The notes below the pieces were generated by a model. That model had not been told where the DNA came from, searched no databases, and saw only the letters and a list, made by a program, of their open reading frames with translations. From contig JAJSLL010000002.1 in NCBI GenBank assembly GCA_026127935.1, positions 30,645 through 94,644 on the forward strand: 64,000 bases of DNA, written 5' to 3'. Positions 46,791 to 56,441 of this stretch are shown piece by piece (within the stretch, counting starts at the first letter, position 1; every line of letters begins with the position of its first letter). This stretch comes from Thermoplasmatales archaeon. Lineage in GTDB: Archaea; Thermoplasmatota; Thermoplasmata; Thermoplasmatales; GCA-001856825. Made by a program: the position numbers and the translations under genes.

Positions 46791-46812
46791 CGGTCTATAC
46801 AATAAAAAAGGG

Positions 46813-46820
46813 TATTTTAA
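46813..46820 (-). promoter_or_regulatory. TATA-like box for the hppD operon
   Basis: The minus-strand 'TTAAAATA' lies 23-30 nt upstream of the ATG at 46790. Confidence 0.3.
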
Positions 46821-46951
46821 CTTAGCTTAATGCTTTTAACCTTGTTTAACACTAATGTTTCTTCTCTGCTCATCTCTTGACATCCCATTTATTTCGAGAT
46901 TACGAACAAAAACGAAAATGAAATTAGGTTCGTTTGTATCATTACCCAATC

Positions 46952-47191
46952 ATGTTAGATTTTGCTCAGGGTGTCGAAAAGGTCAAGAAACACATGAAAC
47001 TTGCATTCAACATAGAAGATTTCAACATAACAATGGCCAAACGGGAGAAAGACCAGACAAATGAAAGAGAGGTGTGGCGGTACAACATAGAGTTCTTCTC
47101 TGGAGACAAACCCAGCAAGGCGATGATCGAGATCAATGCTACCACGGGAGATGTCACACTTTTCCAGAAAGAGTCTCAGTGGAGGCTTTGA
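46952..47191 (+). CDS. Small hypothetical protein (PepSY-like pattern)
   Basis: 79 aa with '..VWRYNIEFFSGDKPSKAMIEINATTGDV'. Weak call. Confidence 0.35.
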   Translation: MLDFAQGVEKVKKHMKLAFNIEDFNITMAKREKDQTNEREVWRYNIEFFSGDKPSKAMIEINATTGDVTLFQKESQWRL

Positions 47192-47284
47192 GCCTTCGAT
47201 ATCACCTTACGTCACGAAATTGCATGTCTGCGAGCTAAGTTTTTTATCTCTTTGGTTTATGGGATTCGAAGCCTGGGTGAATAA

Positions 47285-49177
47285 ATGAAAGTACTGCAAC
47301 TCGACGTTGAGAACATGTCTTACGAGCTAATAGAGCCGGAGGCAAGCGTCTACGATGAGAGCGAAGAGAAGAATTTTAAGGTTGAAGATGCAGTGGTAAT
47401 GCTCATTTCCATAGAGAAAGGAGATGACGAGGAAGTTGCCACTGAAGCGATCAAAGAAACCACGGGTTTCATGCAGAAACAGAAGAGGAAATTGTTACTG
47501 ATCTATCCCTTTGCGCACCTAAGCAGAAACCTCGAATCGCCGAGAGAGGCGAGTGAGTTGCTTGAGTTCATGCGCAGGACTGCATCGGAGAGTTGTGATG
47601 TTATAAAAGCTCCTTTCGGATGGAACAAGAAATGGAGTATCAAGATAAAGGGACATCCACTTGCTGAACAGTTGAAGAGCTATGTAGGAGCAGGTGAAGA
47701 ACCCGTACATTCTCATGGAGCTCATAAGACCGGAGCCAAAGAAGAAATCTCAGATGCTATTAAGCAGGAGGAGAAGGTTAAGTCGACTTGGTATATCCTC
47801 ACGCCTGAAGGAGAGCTGGTTCCAAGAGCGGATTTCAGGAGCGAGGGGTATGAGAACCTAAAGAAATTTGCAGATTATGAGATCACGAAGGTGAGGACGT
47901 ATCAACAGGCCCCACCACACATCAAACTAATGCAGAAACTGCAGCTGGTCGATTACGAGCCTGGCTCCGACCAAGGTAACATGCGGTTCTACCCTAACGG
48001 AAGATTGATGAAGAGTCTACTTGAGAAGTACGTTACAGAGAAGACGATTGGCTATGGTGCCATCGAGGTGGAAACTCCGATAATGTACGACTATGGACAC
48101 CCAGCCCTAAAGGAGTATCTCAACAGGTTCCCTTCAAGGCACTACATCGTGAAATCCGACGACAAAGAGTTCTTCCTCAGGTTTTCGGCCGATTTCGGCC
48201 AGTTTCTCTTGATGAGCGATGCGACTGTTTCATACAAACAACTACCCTTCAGGTTCTATGAGATTACGAGGTACAGTTTCAGGAGGGAACTTAGCGGGGA
48301 ACTCACCGGATTGAAGCGATTGAGGGCATTCACAATGCCGGATATGCACACCATGTGCGCCGATATTGATCAGGCTAAGGATGAATTCAAGAACCAGTTC
48401 GATTTCTGCAGAGCAGTTCTCGACTCCATTGGCATACAGCAAGGGTCCTATGAGGCGGCTATAAGGTTGACGGAAGAGTTCTGGAGAGAAAACGGAGATT
48501 TCATAAAGTATCTCGTGAAAACATTCGGCAAACCGGTCTTAATTGAGATGTGGAATTTCAGATATGCATACTTTGATCCGAAATTTGAATTCAACATCGT
48601 GGATTCGATGGGAAAAGCAACTGCCCTTTCAACTGTCCAAATGGACCACGAGAACGGTAAGAGATACAATATGACATATATAGATGCGAACAGCAACAGA
48701 CAGTTCCCTATAATACTTCACGATTCTCCTAGTGGTGCCATCGAGAGGGTTATCTACGCATTACTCGAACAGGCAGCTGAAGAAGAAAAGAAAGGGAAGA
48801 CACCATCTCTTCCACTGTGGCTCTCTCCTACTCAGGTAAGACTTATACCACTGGCAGACAGACATCTAGAAAAGTGTGTAGAGACAGCAAAGTCGATGAG
48901 TGAAAGGGGATTAAGGGTCGACGTGGACGACACTGACGCGTCCCTGGGGAAGAAGGTTAGGAACGCTGAGCAGAACTGGGTTCCATATGTATGCGTCATA
49001 GGGGACAGAGAAATTGAGTCCAATAGACTGTCAGTGCGAATACGAGGAAAGCAGAGACAAAGTGAGATGTCCCGTGAAGAGCTGGAACAGGAAATCCTGG
49101 TATCGGTCGGAGAAATGCCAAAAGCGCCTCTGTCCCTATCAATGATGCTCTCCAAGAGACCCATATTTAGAGGATGA
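47285..49177 (+). CDS. thrS: Threonyl-tRNA synthetase, archaeal type with an N-terminal editing domain
   Basis: 630 aa. The N-terminal ~140 aa form the archaeal editing domain. The class II core has 'FRFYEITRYSFRRELSGELTGLKRLRAFTMPDMH', followed by an anticodon-binding domain. Confidence 0.95.
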   Translation: MKVLQLDVENMSYELIEPEASVYDESEEKNFKVEDAVVMLISIEKGDDEEVATEAIKETTGFMQKQKRKLLLIYPFAHLSRNLESPREASELLEFMRRTASESCDVIKAPFGWNKKWSIKIKGHPLAEQLKSYVGAGEEPVHSHGAHKTGAKEEISDAIKQEEKVKSTWYILTPEGELVPRADFRSEGYENLKKFADYEITKVRTYQQAPPHIKLMQKLQLVDYEPGSDQGNMRFYPNGRLMKSLLEKYVTEKTIGYGAIEVETPIMYDYGHPALKEYLNRFPSRHYIVKSDDKEFFLRFSADFGQFLLMSDATVSYKQLPFRFYEITRYSFRRELSGELTGLKRLRAFTMPDMHTMCADIDQAKDEFKNQFDFCRAVLDSIGIQQGSYEAAIRLTEEFWRENGDFIKYLVKTFGKPVLIEMWNFRYAYFDPKFEFNIVDSMGKATALSTVQMDHENGKRYNMTYIDANSNRQFPIILHDSPSGAIERVIYALLEQAAEEEKKGKTPSLPLWLSPTQVRLIPLADRHLEKCVETAKSMSERGLRVDVDDTDASLGKKVRNAEQNWVPYVCVIGDREIESNRLSVRIRGKQRQSEMSREELEQEILVSVGEMPKAPLSLSMMLSKRPIFRG

Positions 49178-49268
49178 TAGAACAAAAAAGTTTCTCCACG
49201 GAAAGCAATTCATATTTTAATTCGATAACTTTTTTAAGTAGTCAAATTTTACGCTTAGAGCTGGAAAA

Positions 49269-49673
49269 ATGACAGTAAATCAAACTCTAAACAACACTGT
49301 TGTAAGTGATGGCGAAGTGCTTGAAGAATTAAGGAAGATCAGGACACTGCTTGAGCCCAAACCTGCACCTCCTGCTCCCGCTCCTCCAAAGGGTCTTGTA
49401 AAGGAGTTCAAAGTTTTTCTGGAGCAGTACAAAGTGATGGGAATGGCGGTAGCCTTTATCCTAGGCATATATCTAGGACAGCTAGTAGTAGGCTTAGTCG
49501 ATGATTTCATTATGCCGCTCATCAATCTCGCCATGCCGGGAGTGAATTGGACAACAATCTACATTGGTCCATTCCTTGTGGGACAATTTTTAGCGACCCT
49601 TATAACGTTCCTGATCGTTGCATTCGTAATTTTCCTGATGGTAAGAACCACATCAAAGTACGGTATCAAGTAA
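49269..49673 (+). CDS. mscL: Large-conductance mechanosensitive channel MscL with an N-terminal helix/Pro-Ala extension
   Basis: 'VKEFKVFLEQYKVMGMAVAFILG' and 'DDFIMPLI...FLIVAFVIFLMV' compare with E. coli '[23 protein letters not shown]' and 'ADIIMPPL...FLIVAFAIFMAI'. Confidence 0.8.
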   Translation: MTVNQTLNNTVVSDGEVLEELRKIRTLLEPKPAPPAPAPPKGLVKEFKVFLEQYKVMGMAVAFILGIYLGQLVVGLVDDFIMPLINLAMPGVNWTTIYIGPFLVGQFLATLITFLIVAFVIFLMVRTTSKYGIK

Positions 49674-49766
49674 TTTCTTTTATTTTTGTTTTTTTTAAAG
49701 ATCCGTTCGTACAATTTTCATGTAGAGTTAAGTTATTATTATATACTAAGTGTTACTAACGTATCT

Positions 49767-50306
49767 ATGCAGACAACAGAAGATCAGAACAAGTGGGAGA
49801 TAGATAAAGCACATAGCAATCTGGAATTCTCAGTTAGGCACATGATGATTTCTAACGTGAAGGGCAGATTTAAGAATTTTGGTGGAGATTTTAGGCTAAA
49901 CCTAGATAAGATTGAAAATTCTGCGGTAAAGCTCGAAATCGAAGCAAGTTCAATCTTCACTAACGAAGAAGATAGAGATAAACATCTGAAATCGAAAGAC
50001 TTCCTTCACGTTGAACAATATCCTCTAGTACTATTCGAGAGTACTAAATTGGGGAAGACTGGCAATAGAATAGATGTTGAGGGAAAGTTAACGATCAGGG
50101 ATGTTACGAAGAACGTTGCAATTTCTGGGGAGCTCCAAGGACCGATTACGGATCCATATGGAAAAAAGAGAGTAGGATTTGATGGTGAGACCACCATTGC
50201 GAGGAAAGACTTTGGATTGATGTGGAACATGATACTTGAAGGGGGAGGCCTCATGGTGGGAGACAACGTCAAAATTGACATCCACATGGAGCTAACCGCT
50301 CCCTAA
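49767..50306 (+). CDS. YceI-family (polyisoprenoid-binding) protein
   Basis: 'WEIDKAHSNLEFSVRHMMISNVKGRFKNFGG', 'LTIRDVTK' and 'DFGLMWN'. The ATG at 49767 is preferred. Confidence 0.85.
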   Translation: MQTTEDQNKWEIDKAHSNLEFSVRHMMISNVKGRFKNFGGDFRLNLDKIENSAVKLEIEASSIFTNEEDRDKHLKSKDFLHVEQYPLVLFESTKLGKTGNRIDVEGKLTIRDVTKNVAISGELQGPITDPYGKKRVGFDGETTIARKDFGLMWNMILEGGGLMVGDNVKIDIHMELTAP

Positions 50307-50393
50307 TTTTTTTTTGAATTCGCACATTCTTTATTTACAAGGAAGAAGCTCTGACGCAATAAGGTTTAATCTAGGTTCTAATTAGACTTTCCG

Positions 50394-52001
50394 TTGAATT
50401 ATAAAATCAATGCCTATTCCATCAGATCCTTTATAGAGGATCTGAGAAAGAACCATCCGGAAGAAATTTTTGAAGTGGATGAGAAGGTTAAGGTGGGTTT
50501 TGAAACTACCGCCTACTTTCTAAATCTTAGGAAGAGAAATCCAGTACTTCTGTTCAACAATATTGATGGTTATGATGGCTTCACCCTGGTCACAAACATT
50601 TTTGGAAGTGAAGAAAGATTCGCTAGAATAGCTGGATTCAAATCGATAGGAGGAGCTATGGATCGATTGACAACCGTGGCAGCTAGCGTTCCTACCGAAT
50701 CAATAATTGTCTCCAGAAAACAAGATTCTTTTCAGAAAACGATCACCGGTGAAGATATCAACCTTTTCGATCTCCCCATTCCATCTCACTACGAAATGGA
50801 TGGATCCAAGAAAGGTCTCAGCAGATACATAACTGCCGGCCTTACCACCACAATAGACCCGGAAAGTGCAGACATCGTAAACCTGAGCTTTTCAAGAATT
50901 CAACCATTTAAAAGAAACAAGTTCGCATTTGATGCTGGTAGCCACGGTAATCTCTGGAGACACTTGAATGTCTCAAAACTAAGGGGTGAACGACTTAGGA
51001 TGACCATCCTTGTAGGAACCAATCCGATACTCTACATCTTAGGGGCATCCTTCATAGATAATGAGTTTGCAAAGGCAAACAAGTTCTTTAACTTCTCTTT
51101 TGAACCGGGTCGTCTGAACTCAATTCCAATACCTAGAGACACAGAGATTGCGATAGAGGCTGAATTCCAACCAGATGAAACATTTGATGAAGGTCCCTTT
51201 GCGGAATATGTCGGATATATGGGATACGATTCTACGAAATTTGTTGCAGAAGTCAAATCTATTCTGATGAAAAAGAATCCAGTTTACTATGATATTCAAC
51301 CTTCAAATTCAAGCGAGCACGTTAATCTCTTCTCGATACCCAGATCATCAATTGTTATGAAGTCAGTAAGTCAGACACTTCCAAAGGGTCTTAGATTTGA
51401 TATCAAATGGCCTCACTATGGTGGAAGATTCATCTCGTTTGCGTATCTGGACAATCCCAATCCTGGTATGGCCAAACAACTCGGAATTTCAATACTCGGA
51501 CTTGATCCTCTGTGGAACAAGATCGTATTTGTGAATGAAGGAATGACTCGATTAAACATTGAGACTGCTCTGACTAATCTTGCACAGATAAAGAAGTACT
51601 CAGAGAACAATATCGTGAGAATTTTGGATGTTTTCGTAATCAGTTCCGATCCTACTCGGGATAAGCTTGGAAGAACTGGAAAGATTGTATTTGTTACCAA
51701 GGCTAAGCCTCTAAAAATTGAGAAGTTGATAAGAGAAGATCGTATGATACTTAAGACAAAGGAAGGGACCGTTCTTATCTCACATGATAATCTTGACGAC
51801 TGTAAGGTTGGTGTTGTTGTGGGTGACGATATTGATATAAGAGACGAAGAGCAAGTAGGATGGGCTATTGCAACTCGATTGAATCCTAAAACGGACATTG
51901 AAATACAGGATGACAGAATCACTTTTTTGGCAACACGGAAAGTACCACCAGTCGCAAGAATACCTAAAAAAGTTGAAGAAAAAATTAAAAGAAAATTTTA
52001 G
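50394..52001 (+). CDS. UbiD-family (prenylated-FMN-dependent) decarboxylase
   Basis: 535 aa with 'IRSFIEDLRKNHPEEIFEVDEKV', 'PVLLFNNIDGY' and 'FAEYVGYMG'. Confidence 0.8.
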   Translation: MNYKINAYSIRSFIEDLRKNHPEEIFEVDEKVKVGFETTAYFLNLRKRNPVLLFNNIDGYDGFTLVTNIFGSEERFARIAGFKSIGGAMDRLTTVAASVPTESIIVSRKQDSFQKTITGEDINLFDLPIPSHYEMDGSKKGLSRYITAGLTTTIDPESADIVNLSFSRIQPFKRNKFAFDAGSHGNLWRHLNVSKLRGERLRMTILVGTNPILYILGASFIDNEFAKANKFFNFSFEPGRLNSIPIPRDTEIAIEAEFQPDETFDEGPFAEYVGYMGYDSTKFVAEVKSILMKKNPVYYDIQPSNSSEHVNLFSIPRSSIVMKSVSQTLPKGLRFDIKWPHYGGRFISFAYLDNPNPGMAKQLGISILGLDPLWNKIVFVNEGMTRLNIETALTNLAQIKKYSENNIVRILDVFVISSDPTRDKLGRTGKIVFVTKAKPLKIEKLIREDRMILKTKEGTVLISHDNLDDCKVGVVVGDDIDIRDEEQVGWAIATRLNPKTDIEIQDDRITFLATRKVPPVARIPKKVEEKIKRKF

Positions 52002-53456
52002 TCATTTGCTTACTGTATCCATTGATGATTCCATTGACCTTGTACCCTTGAGTTCTTTGAGCCTTCGCCTCTTTATGTACATAAATGCGACTGTGATAAC
52101 CGTCCATAAGATAAATGCGAGCGAGCCTGTTAACACCGGGTCGGTTATGAAGACGGTCAAACCTACCACAGCTGGATTTGGGACTCCCATGAATGTTGAC
52201 CCAAAGATGAACAGAAAAATAACAATTGAGACAGAACTGAGTAAGATGTTTCTTAATCCGAATCTTCCAATGAACTTCTTGTTGATTGACGGGAAGGCAG
52301 AGTTGATAATGATGTGAACAAAAAGTGTTCCAAGCGTTGCACCGATAGCTGCCATTATGAATGCGTTGAATCCGCCTAATATTTCAACACCTATAGCTGA
52401 AATTGCAAAAGCAGACAATGTGACGATACCTGCCGAAATATATGGAGTCAATCTCTTACCGTGTGTTTTGGACAGTGCCTTTGGAACAAGACCGTCCCTT
52501 CCCATTGTCATTAGTACTCTGGATGTTGCATTAGTCAAAACAACAAGTCCGGTCAGTAGACTGTTTATGAAAAGTACTGTAATGAGTATCGCTGCACCAC
52601 CACCAACGAAGCTACCCATGATGGATATACCTGGTACAAGGGCTCCAGCATAGTTGGCCATGTTTGTTGGCCCATAAGCAACGGTGAAAAAGTAAGCAGT
52701 GAAGACGTAGAAGATTCCTAAGATGATCACCGAATACAAAACGGATTTACTAATAGACACCTTTGGATTCTTAGTCTCCTCGCCAAGCGGAGTTGATGCG
52801 CCGAATCCTGCAAATGAAGTATACATCAACAAAACTCCAAGTGCGACACCTATGATTGGATTTGGAGAGTAATCTGAGAACCTGAGAGAAAATACAGAAG
52901 GGTTGTTTATGGAAGGGTGTGTGGCGAGTACGTAGAAACCCATGGCGACGATTACCCCAATTTCTATAAGCGCCATCATCATAGTATAGGAGGTGGATAT
53001 CCTAATCCCCCTTACAGAAACAACAAACCCGTACAACAAGGCAGCTAGTAGAAGGGGAACGGCGAAGATTGGCGAAATGTTAATGTTGAAAAGGTAAGAA
53101 AGTGCCGCTGGTACGAATACGGCTATGCTAAGTGCTACAAAGGCTATCGCCATTATTTGGTAAAAGATGTACATGTAACCTGTAAACAAACCTACTGAGG
53201 GGCCGTGTCCTACTTTTACGTAATCATAGTAACCTCCAGAACCAGAGACTTTCATGGAGATTTTGCTTATTATATACCCGTTCAGGAGCACAACGAAGAA
53301 CGCAATCAGAGCTGTGAGTGGTAGGGCACCTCTTGCATAAAAAGCTGCCCCTGTAAAAGTCGCAACTGCAGCACCGGCAGGTGCAGCGCTTGCAACTCCC
53401 TGTAACAAAGAGTGTCTAAGGCCGATTGCATTCGAATGAAGCTTAGACTGGAACAT
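52002..53456 (-). CDS. APC-superfamily amino acid permease
   Basis: 484 aa with ~12-13 TM segments. Confidence 0.85.
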   Translation of the reverse strand: MFQSKLHSNAIGLRHSLLQGVASAAPAGAAVATFTGAAFYARGALPLTALIAFFVVLLNGYIISKISMKVSGSGGYYDYVKVGHGPSVGLFTGYMYIFYQIMAIAFVALSIAVFVPAALSYLFNINISPIFAVPLLLAALLYGFVVSVRGIRISTSYTMMMALIEIGVIVAMGFYVLATHPSINNPSVFSLRFSDYSPNPIIGVALGVLLMYTSFAGFGASTPLGEETKNPKVSISKSVLYSVIILGIFYVFTAYFFTVAYGPTNMANYAGALVPGISIMGSFVGGGAAILITVLFINSLLTGLVVLTNATSRVLMTMGRDGLVPKALSKTHGKRLTPYISAGIVTLSAFAISAIGVEILGGFNAFIMAAIGATLGTLFVHIIINSAFPSINKKFIGRFGLRNILLSSVSIVIFLFIFGSTFMGVPNPAVVGLTVFITDPVLTGSLAFILWTVITVAFMYIKRRRLKELKGTRSMESSMDTVSK

Positions 53457-53591
53457 TAAACTCCCTCCCTTTTTCCGTCTTCCAGGGCACCGTTTCTATT
53501 AATGGATGCTTTCATACAAGATTGTACATATTTTAGCAACATAGTCATCATTTCTACTTCATGGTAAGATTACCCACTATATTAAACTTCT

Positions 53592-54283
53592 CTAATTCGA
53601 TAGCGTGTTAGGAAGCAGTTGTGAGAATCTATGAGAACCAATAAGGGAGACAATCGCCCTTTCTAGAAACTGTGATGTACAACAGTACCATCCTAAGACT
53701 GCCCCTTTTCTGAAGATACTCGATTTCTCTCCATTGAAGACCTTGGCTGAACTAGGTCCAATCACGAGTATTTCGTGGTTTTTTACTCGCATTCCAGTAC
53801 TATCTCCTAAGGCTATGGTTGGTATTCCTGTTCTTTCTGAGTACTCGGCTGCGAAATGGTCATACTTAAGATCATTGTGATGGCAGGCTATTGAATACCC
53901 TCTTGCAACATCCAATCCTTTCAGAACTTTTAGTCCTACCTCATTCTGTCAGCATCTCCCCCAAAATATGCAGTTCCGATGACTCTTCCGAGAATTATAG
54001 CACCAACGCTTCCACCGAAAACTGGCAGGCCTTTCGTGATGTATTTGACAAGCAAGCGGTCAAATCCCGTCCCCCTTACCTGTTTTATTAGGCTGAGCGT
54101 ATTTCCGTCTCCAATAAAGACGCCATAATATCTTGCCAAGTCTTCAAAACTCCTGTTCTAAGCGAGAGAAATTGCTACTGGAATGTAAAGCAATCTACCA
54201 TTTTCTGGAACCGATTTAGCTAGAAGTTTCACAAGACTAACGTCGCTTATATTACCACTCCCAGAAAGTAGAATGTTCACCAT
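53592..54283 (-). pseudogene. Peptidase S51 (dipeptidase E-like) pseudogene: one in-frame stop plus one frameshift
   Basis: 'MVNILLSGSGN..LLYIPVAISLA*', then 'VFIGDGNTLSLIKQVRGTGFDRLLVKYITKGLPVFGGSVGAIILG', then a third piece 'GLDVARGYSIACHHN..' in another frame. Confidence 0.6.
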
Positions 54284-54600
54284 TCGATGTTTAATGTCAA
54301 TCCAAATAACTAGATTTTGTGAAGGGTTTTTTCCAGACAGCTACAGCAGAAAGGGAATGGCTGGGGACGACTCATAATAGGCATAGAAGAAATAATCCAT
54401 TTTCAGAGAGAAAGCAAAAATGGTATCAGAATTACGAGATGAGATAGATAGGTATTTCGGGACTTGGAGACAATAAACTTGAAGGATGAATTAAATCCTC
54501 TCAGACTGGGCTGCAATTTCATTTAAGCCAGAGAACTATGTCAAATACGCTTTGACATTCCTCAAGAGTTATTACACAACCAGGCTAGATTTTAAATCTG

Positions 54601-55113
54601 TCAGTAAATAGTCACTCCCTTGATTTTGCTAGACTTTTTCAATTCAGGGATGATAGAAGCAGGTATCGGCGATTCCGTGATTATGTACAACTTCGGGTCG
54701 CTCACCAGGTCTGGGTCATCTCCTATAGCTTGTCTAATACTTACCTTGTGTTTGTAGAGCACTTCGACCGTCTGATAAATGATCCCGTAATCCTTTGCAT
54801 CATAGGGTTCTATAACTATTTCGCCAAATCCAAGGTAAGGAGCAACTTTTCCGAGATGGATATTGGATCTGAGGTTTTGAAAAATCTTTGATAGTTTCTT
54901 GTCAGCTTCTATGTTGCTTATCGTAGATTTCACTGCTCTCACATCAACTTGACAGACTTTGGCAAGAGCTCTTGGTTCAACTTCTAAGTCATTGCATAAT
55001 ACATTTCCCTTCTCAACCCTGAGCCCATACTCCAAGATTTTGAGAGCAACCAGTTTCTGAGAGTGATATCTTGAAAACTTTTGTTCGATTGTTTCGCTTA
55101 GACTTGGCATCAA
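54601..55113 (-). CDS. Archaeal ACT-like-domain putative regulator of amino-acid metabolism (COG2150-like)
   Basis: 170 aa. An N-terminal wHTH-like region is followed by a C-terminal 'GEIVIEPYDAKDYGIIYQTVEVLYKHKVSIRQAI'. Pattern-level call. Confidence 0.45.
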   Translation of the reverse strand: MMPSLSETIEQKFSRYHSQKLVALKILEYGLRVEKGNVLCNDLEVEPRALAKVCQVDVRAVKSTISNIEADKKLSKIFQNLRSNIHLGKVAPYLGFGEIVIEPYDAKDYGIIYQTVEVLYKHKVSIRQAIGDDPDLVSDPKLYIITESPIPASIIPELKKSSKIKGVTIY

Positions 55114-55475
55114 TAGCTATTTCCTTGCTAATATATTTGCTTTTATCTTCTGATTCCGTTAAAGATCCAGAAGTTCAGTAAAAGAGATCAAGTTTCAGTT
55201 CAAATCTATAAGACGTCATTTCCTGAAGAATCTTAACACTTGAAGAGCTCATCTGCGAAATTTCGATGCAGATGATTTTACTTGTTTTCCCCCAGCGATA
55301 GAGGCCCACCACGTGTGTCGAGGATCATATCCTTTTTTCCATGTTTTCATTGGAATGTTTGCAGCACAACGTTTGATATCAACTTTCCCCCCTTCAGAAC
55401 GTTAGTCAATGATTAACCGTTCATAATCCCAATTTATTATTCTTGGGATATTTCCATTATACCTTATTGCTTAAT

Positions 55476-55504
55476 CAAAAAACATGGGTTCCAATTTGGA
55501 ACCC
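55476..55504 (-). terminator. Perfect 9-bp hairpin followed by T6 (minus strand)
   Basis: 'GGGTTCCAA-T-TTGGAACCC' (55486-55504). A6 on the plus strand at 55477-55482 reads as T6 on the minus strand. Confidence 0.4.
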
Positions 55505-55545
55505 GCAAATATTTAGTCCCAATTAATTTTCTTCAGTAAACTTCG

Positions 55546-55614
55546 TCACTTCTTTTTCTTTGGAGCAGCTTTCTTTTTGGGTGCTGCTTTCTTTGCTTTC
55601 TTTTTAGTTGGCAT
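55546..55614 (-). CDS. Candidate 22-aa lysine-rich micro-protein 'MPTKKKAKKAAPKKKAAPKKKK'
   Basis: ATG to TGA ORF with an AT-rich TATA-like stretch ~15-25 nt upstream, and a perfect hairpin plus T6 about 45 nt downstream on the same strand. Confidence 0.3.
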   Translation of the reverse strand: MPTKKKAKKAAPKKKAAPKKKK

Positions 55615-56075
55615 CAATAATGAAATAGTTTTAATGTTACTTTAGTTTTGCCCTTCGGCAGGTGACCTCTAAAATTTATTACACAATTACACTTCAATAT
55701 TCACTCATAATTTACATTTAGGAGATCCAGATAATTTAAGATTTCAGTTTCGATTGACTTCTACAAAAAGAGATACAGTTCAACCGCTTAACTTTAGGTC
55801 CCTGTAATGACTTTTTATTTTTCTATGATGTTTACTTTTCTCGATTATCATAGCAACAAAATTTTATTATCTATTTTCTCAACTCTGAATAAGTTGATTG
55901 CCTATGTAATATCTATTTGCACAGACAATGTAGCTCGTTATCAGTTTTATAATTTCAAGGAACTGCGTGACTCATAAACATTTAAATTTCGAGAGCTGAC
56001 TTCGGATGGGAGAACCATAGCTGGCTAAATAAAGTCCGAATGACAGAACGAATTCCATCTTTCCAGATTTTAGGC

Positions 56076-56441
56076 TCAGCTCCTATGGAAGGCATTTGCA
56101 ACAAACGTACCAAGGAGAGCACCAGAAAGACAGAGACCTCCATTGATTAAAAATATGAGGGCTATTAGTAAATCTGAGGGAATTCCTGCAATTGATCCTA
56201 CCTCTCCCATTAACGCTCCGATGTGTCCAGTTGGAAGAGTGAGAAAAATCAGGAGAATGACTGTTACTCCCCCAAGGAACCCAGAAAGTGTAGATATCAA
56301 GTACCCTTTTCTGATTATGAGGGAAGCAACAACCCCCGAAAAGAGGACCAGATACCAGACGTTGGTAAAAAGCAGGGCTGTTCCTAGAATCACCACTATC
56401 AAAAGGGAAACCACAAACCCCAGAATTCCATTAAATTTCAT
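56076..56441 (-). CDS. Small 4-TM membrane protein downstream of the acylase
   Basis: 121 aa, hydrophobic, overlapping the acylase stop by 1 nt. Confidence 0.5.
   Translation of the reverse strand: MKFNGILGFVVSLLIVVILGTALLFTNVWYLVLFSGVVASLIIRKGYLISTLSGFLGGVTVILLIFLTLPTGHIGALMGEVGSIAGIPSDLLIALIFLINGGLCLSGALLGTFVANAFHRS

Noticed and set aside
47255-47275. 'GGATTCGAAGCC' upstream of thrS resembling the junction palindrome arms.
   Set aside because: It is only a 12-nt self-complementary string. It lacks the TTAA-N4-TTAA centre and is too short to distinguish from chance.
55825-55887. A possible C/D-box sRNA ('ATGATGT' ... 'CTGA', ~60 nt apart).
   Set aside because: Box C is imperfect (GT instead of GA). 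No C'/D' boxes or terminal stem are present. The region is simply AT-rich.
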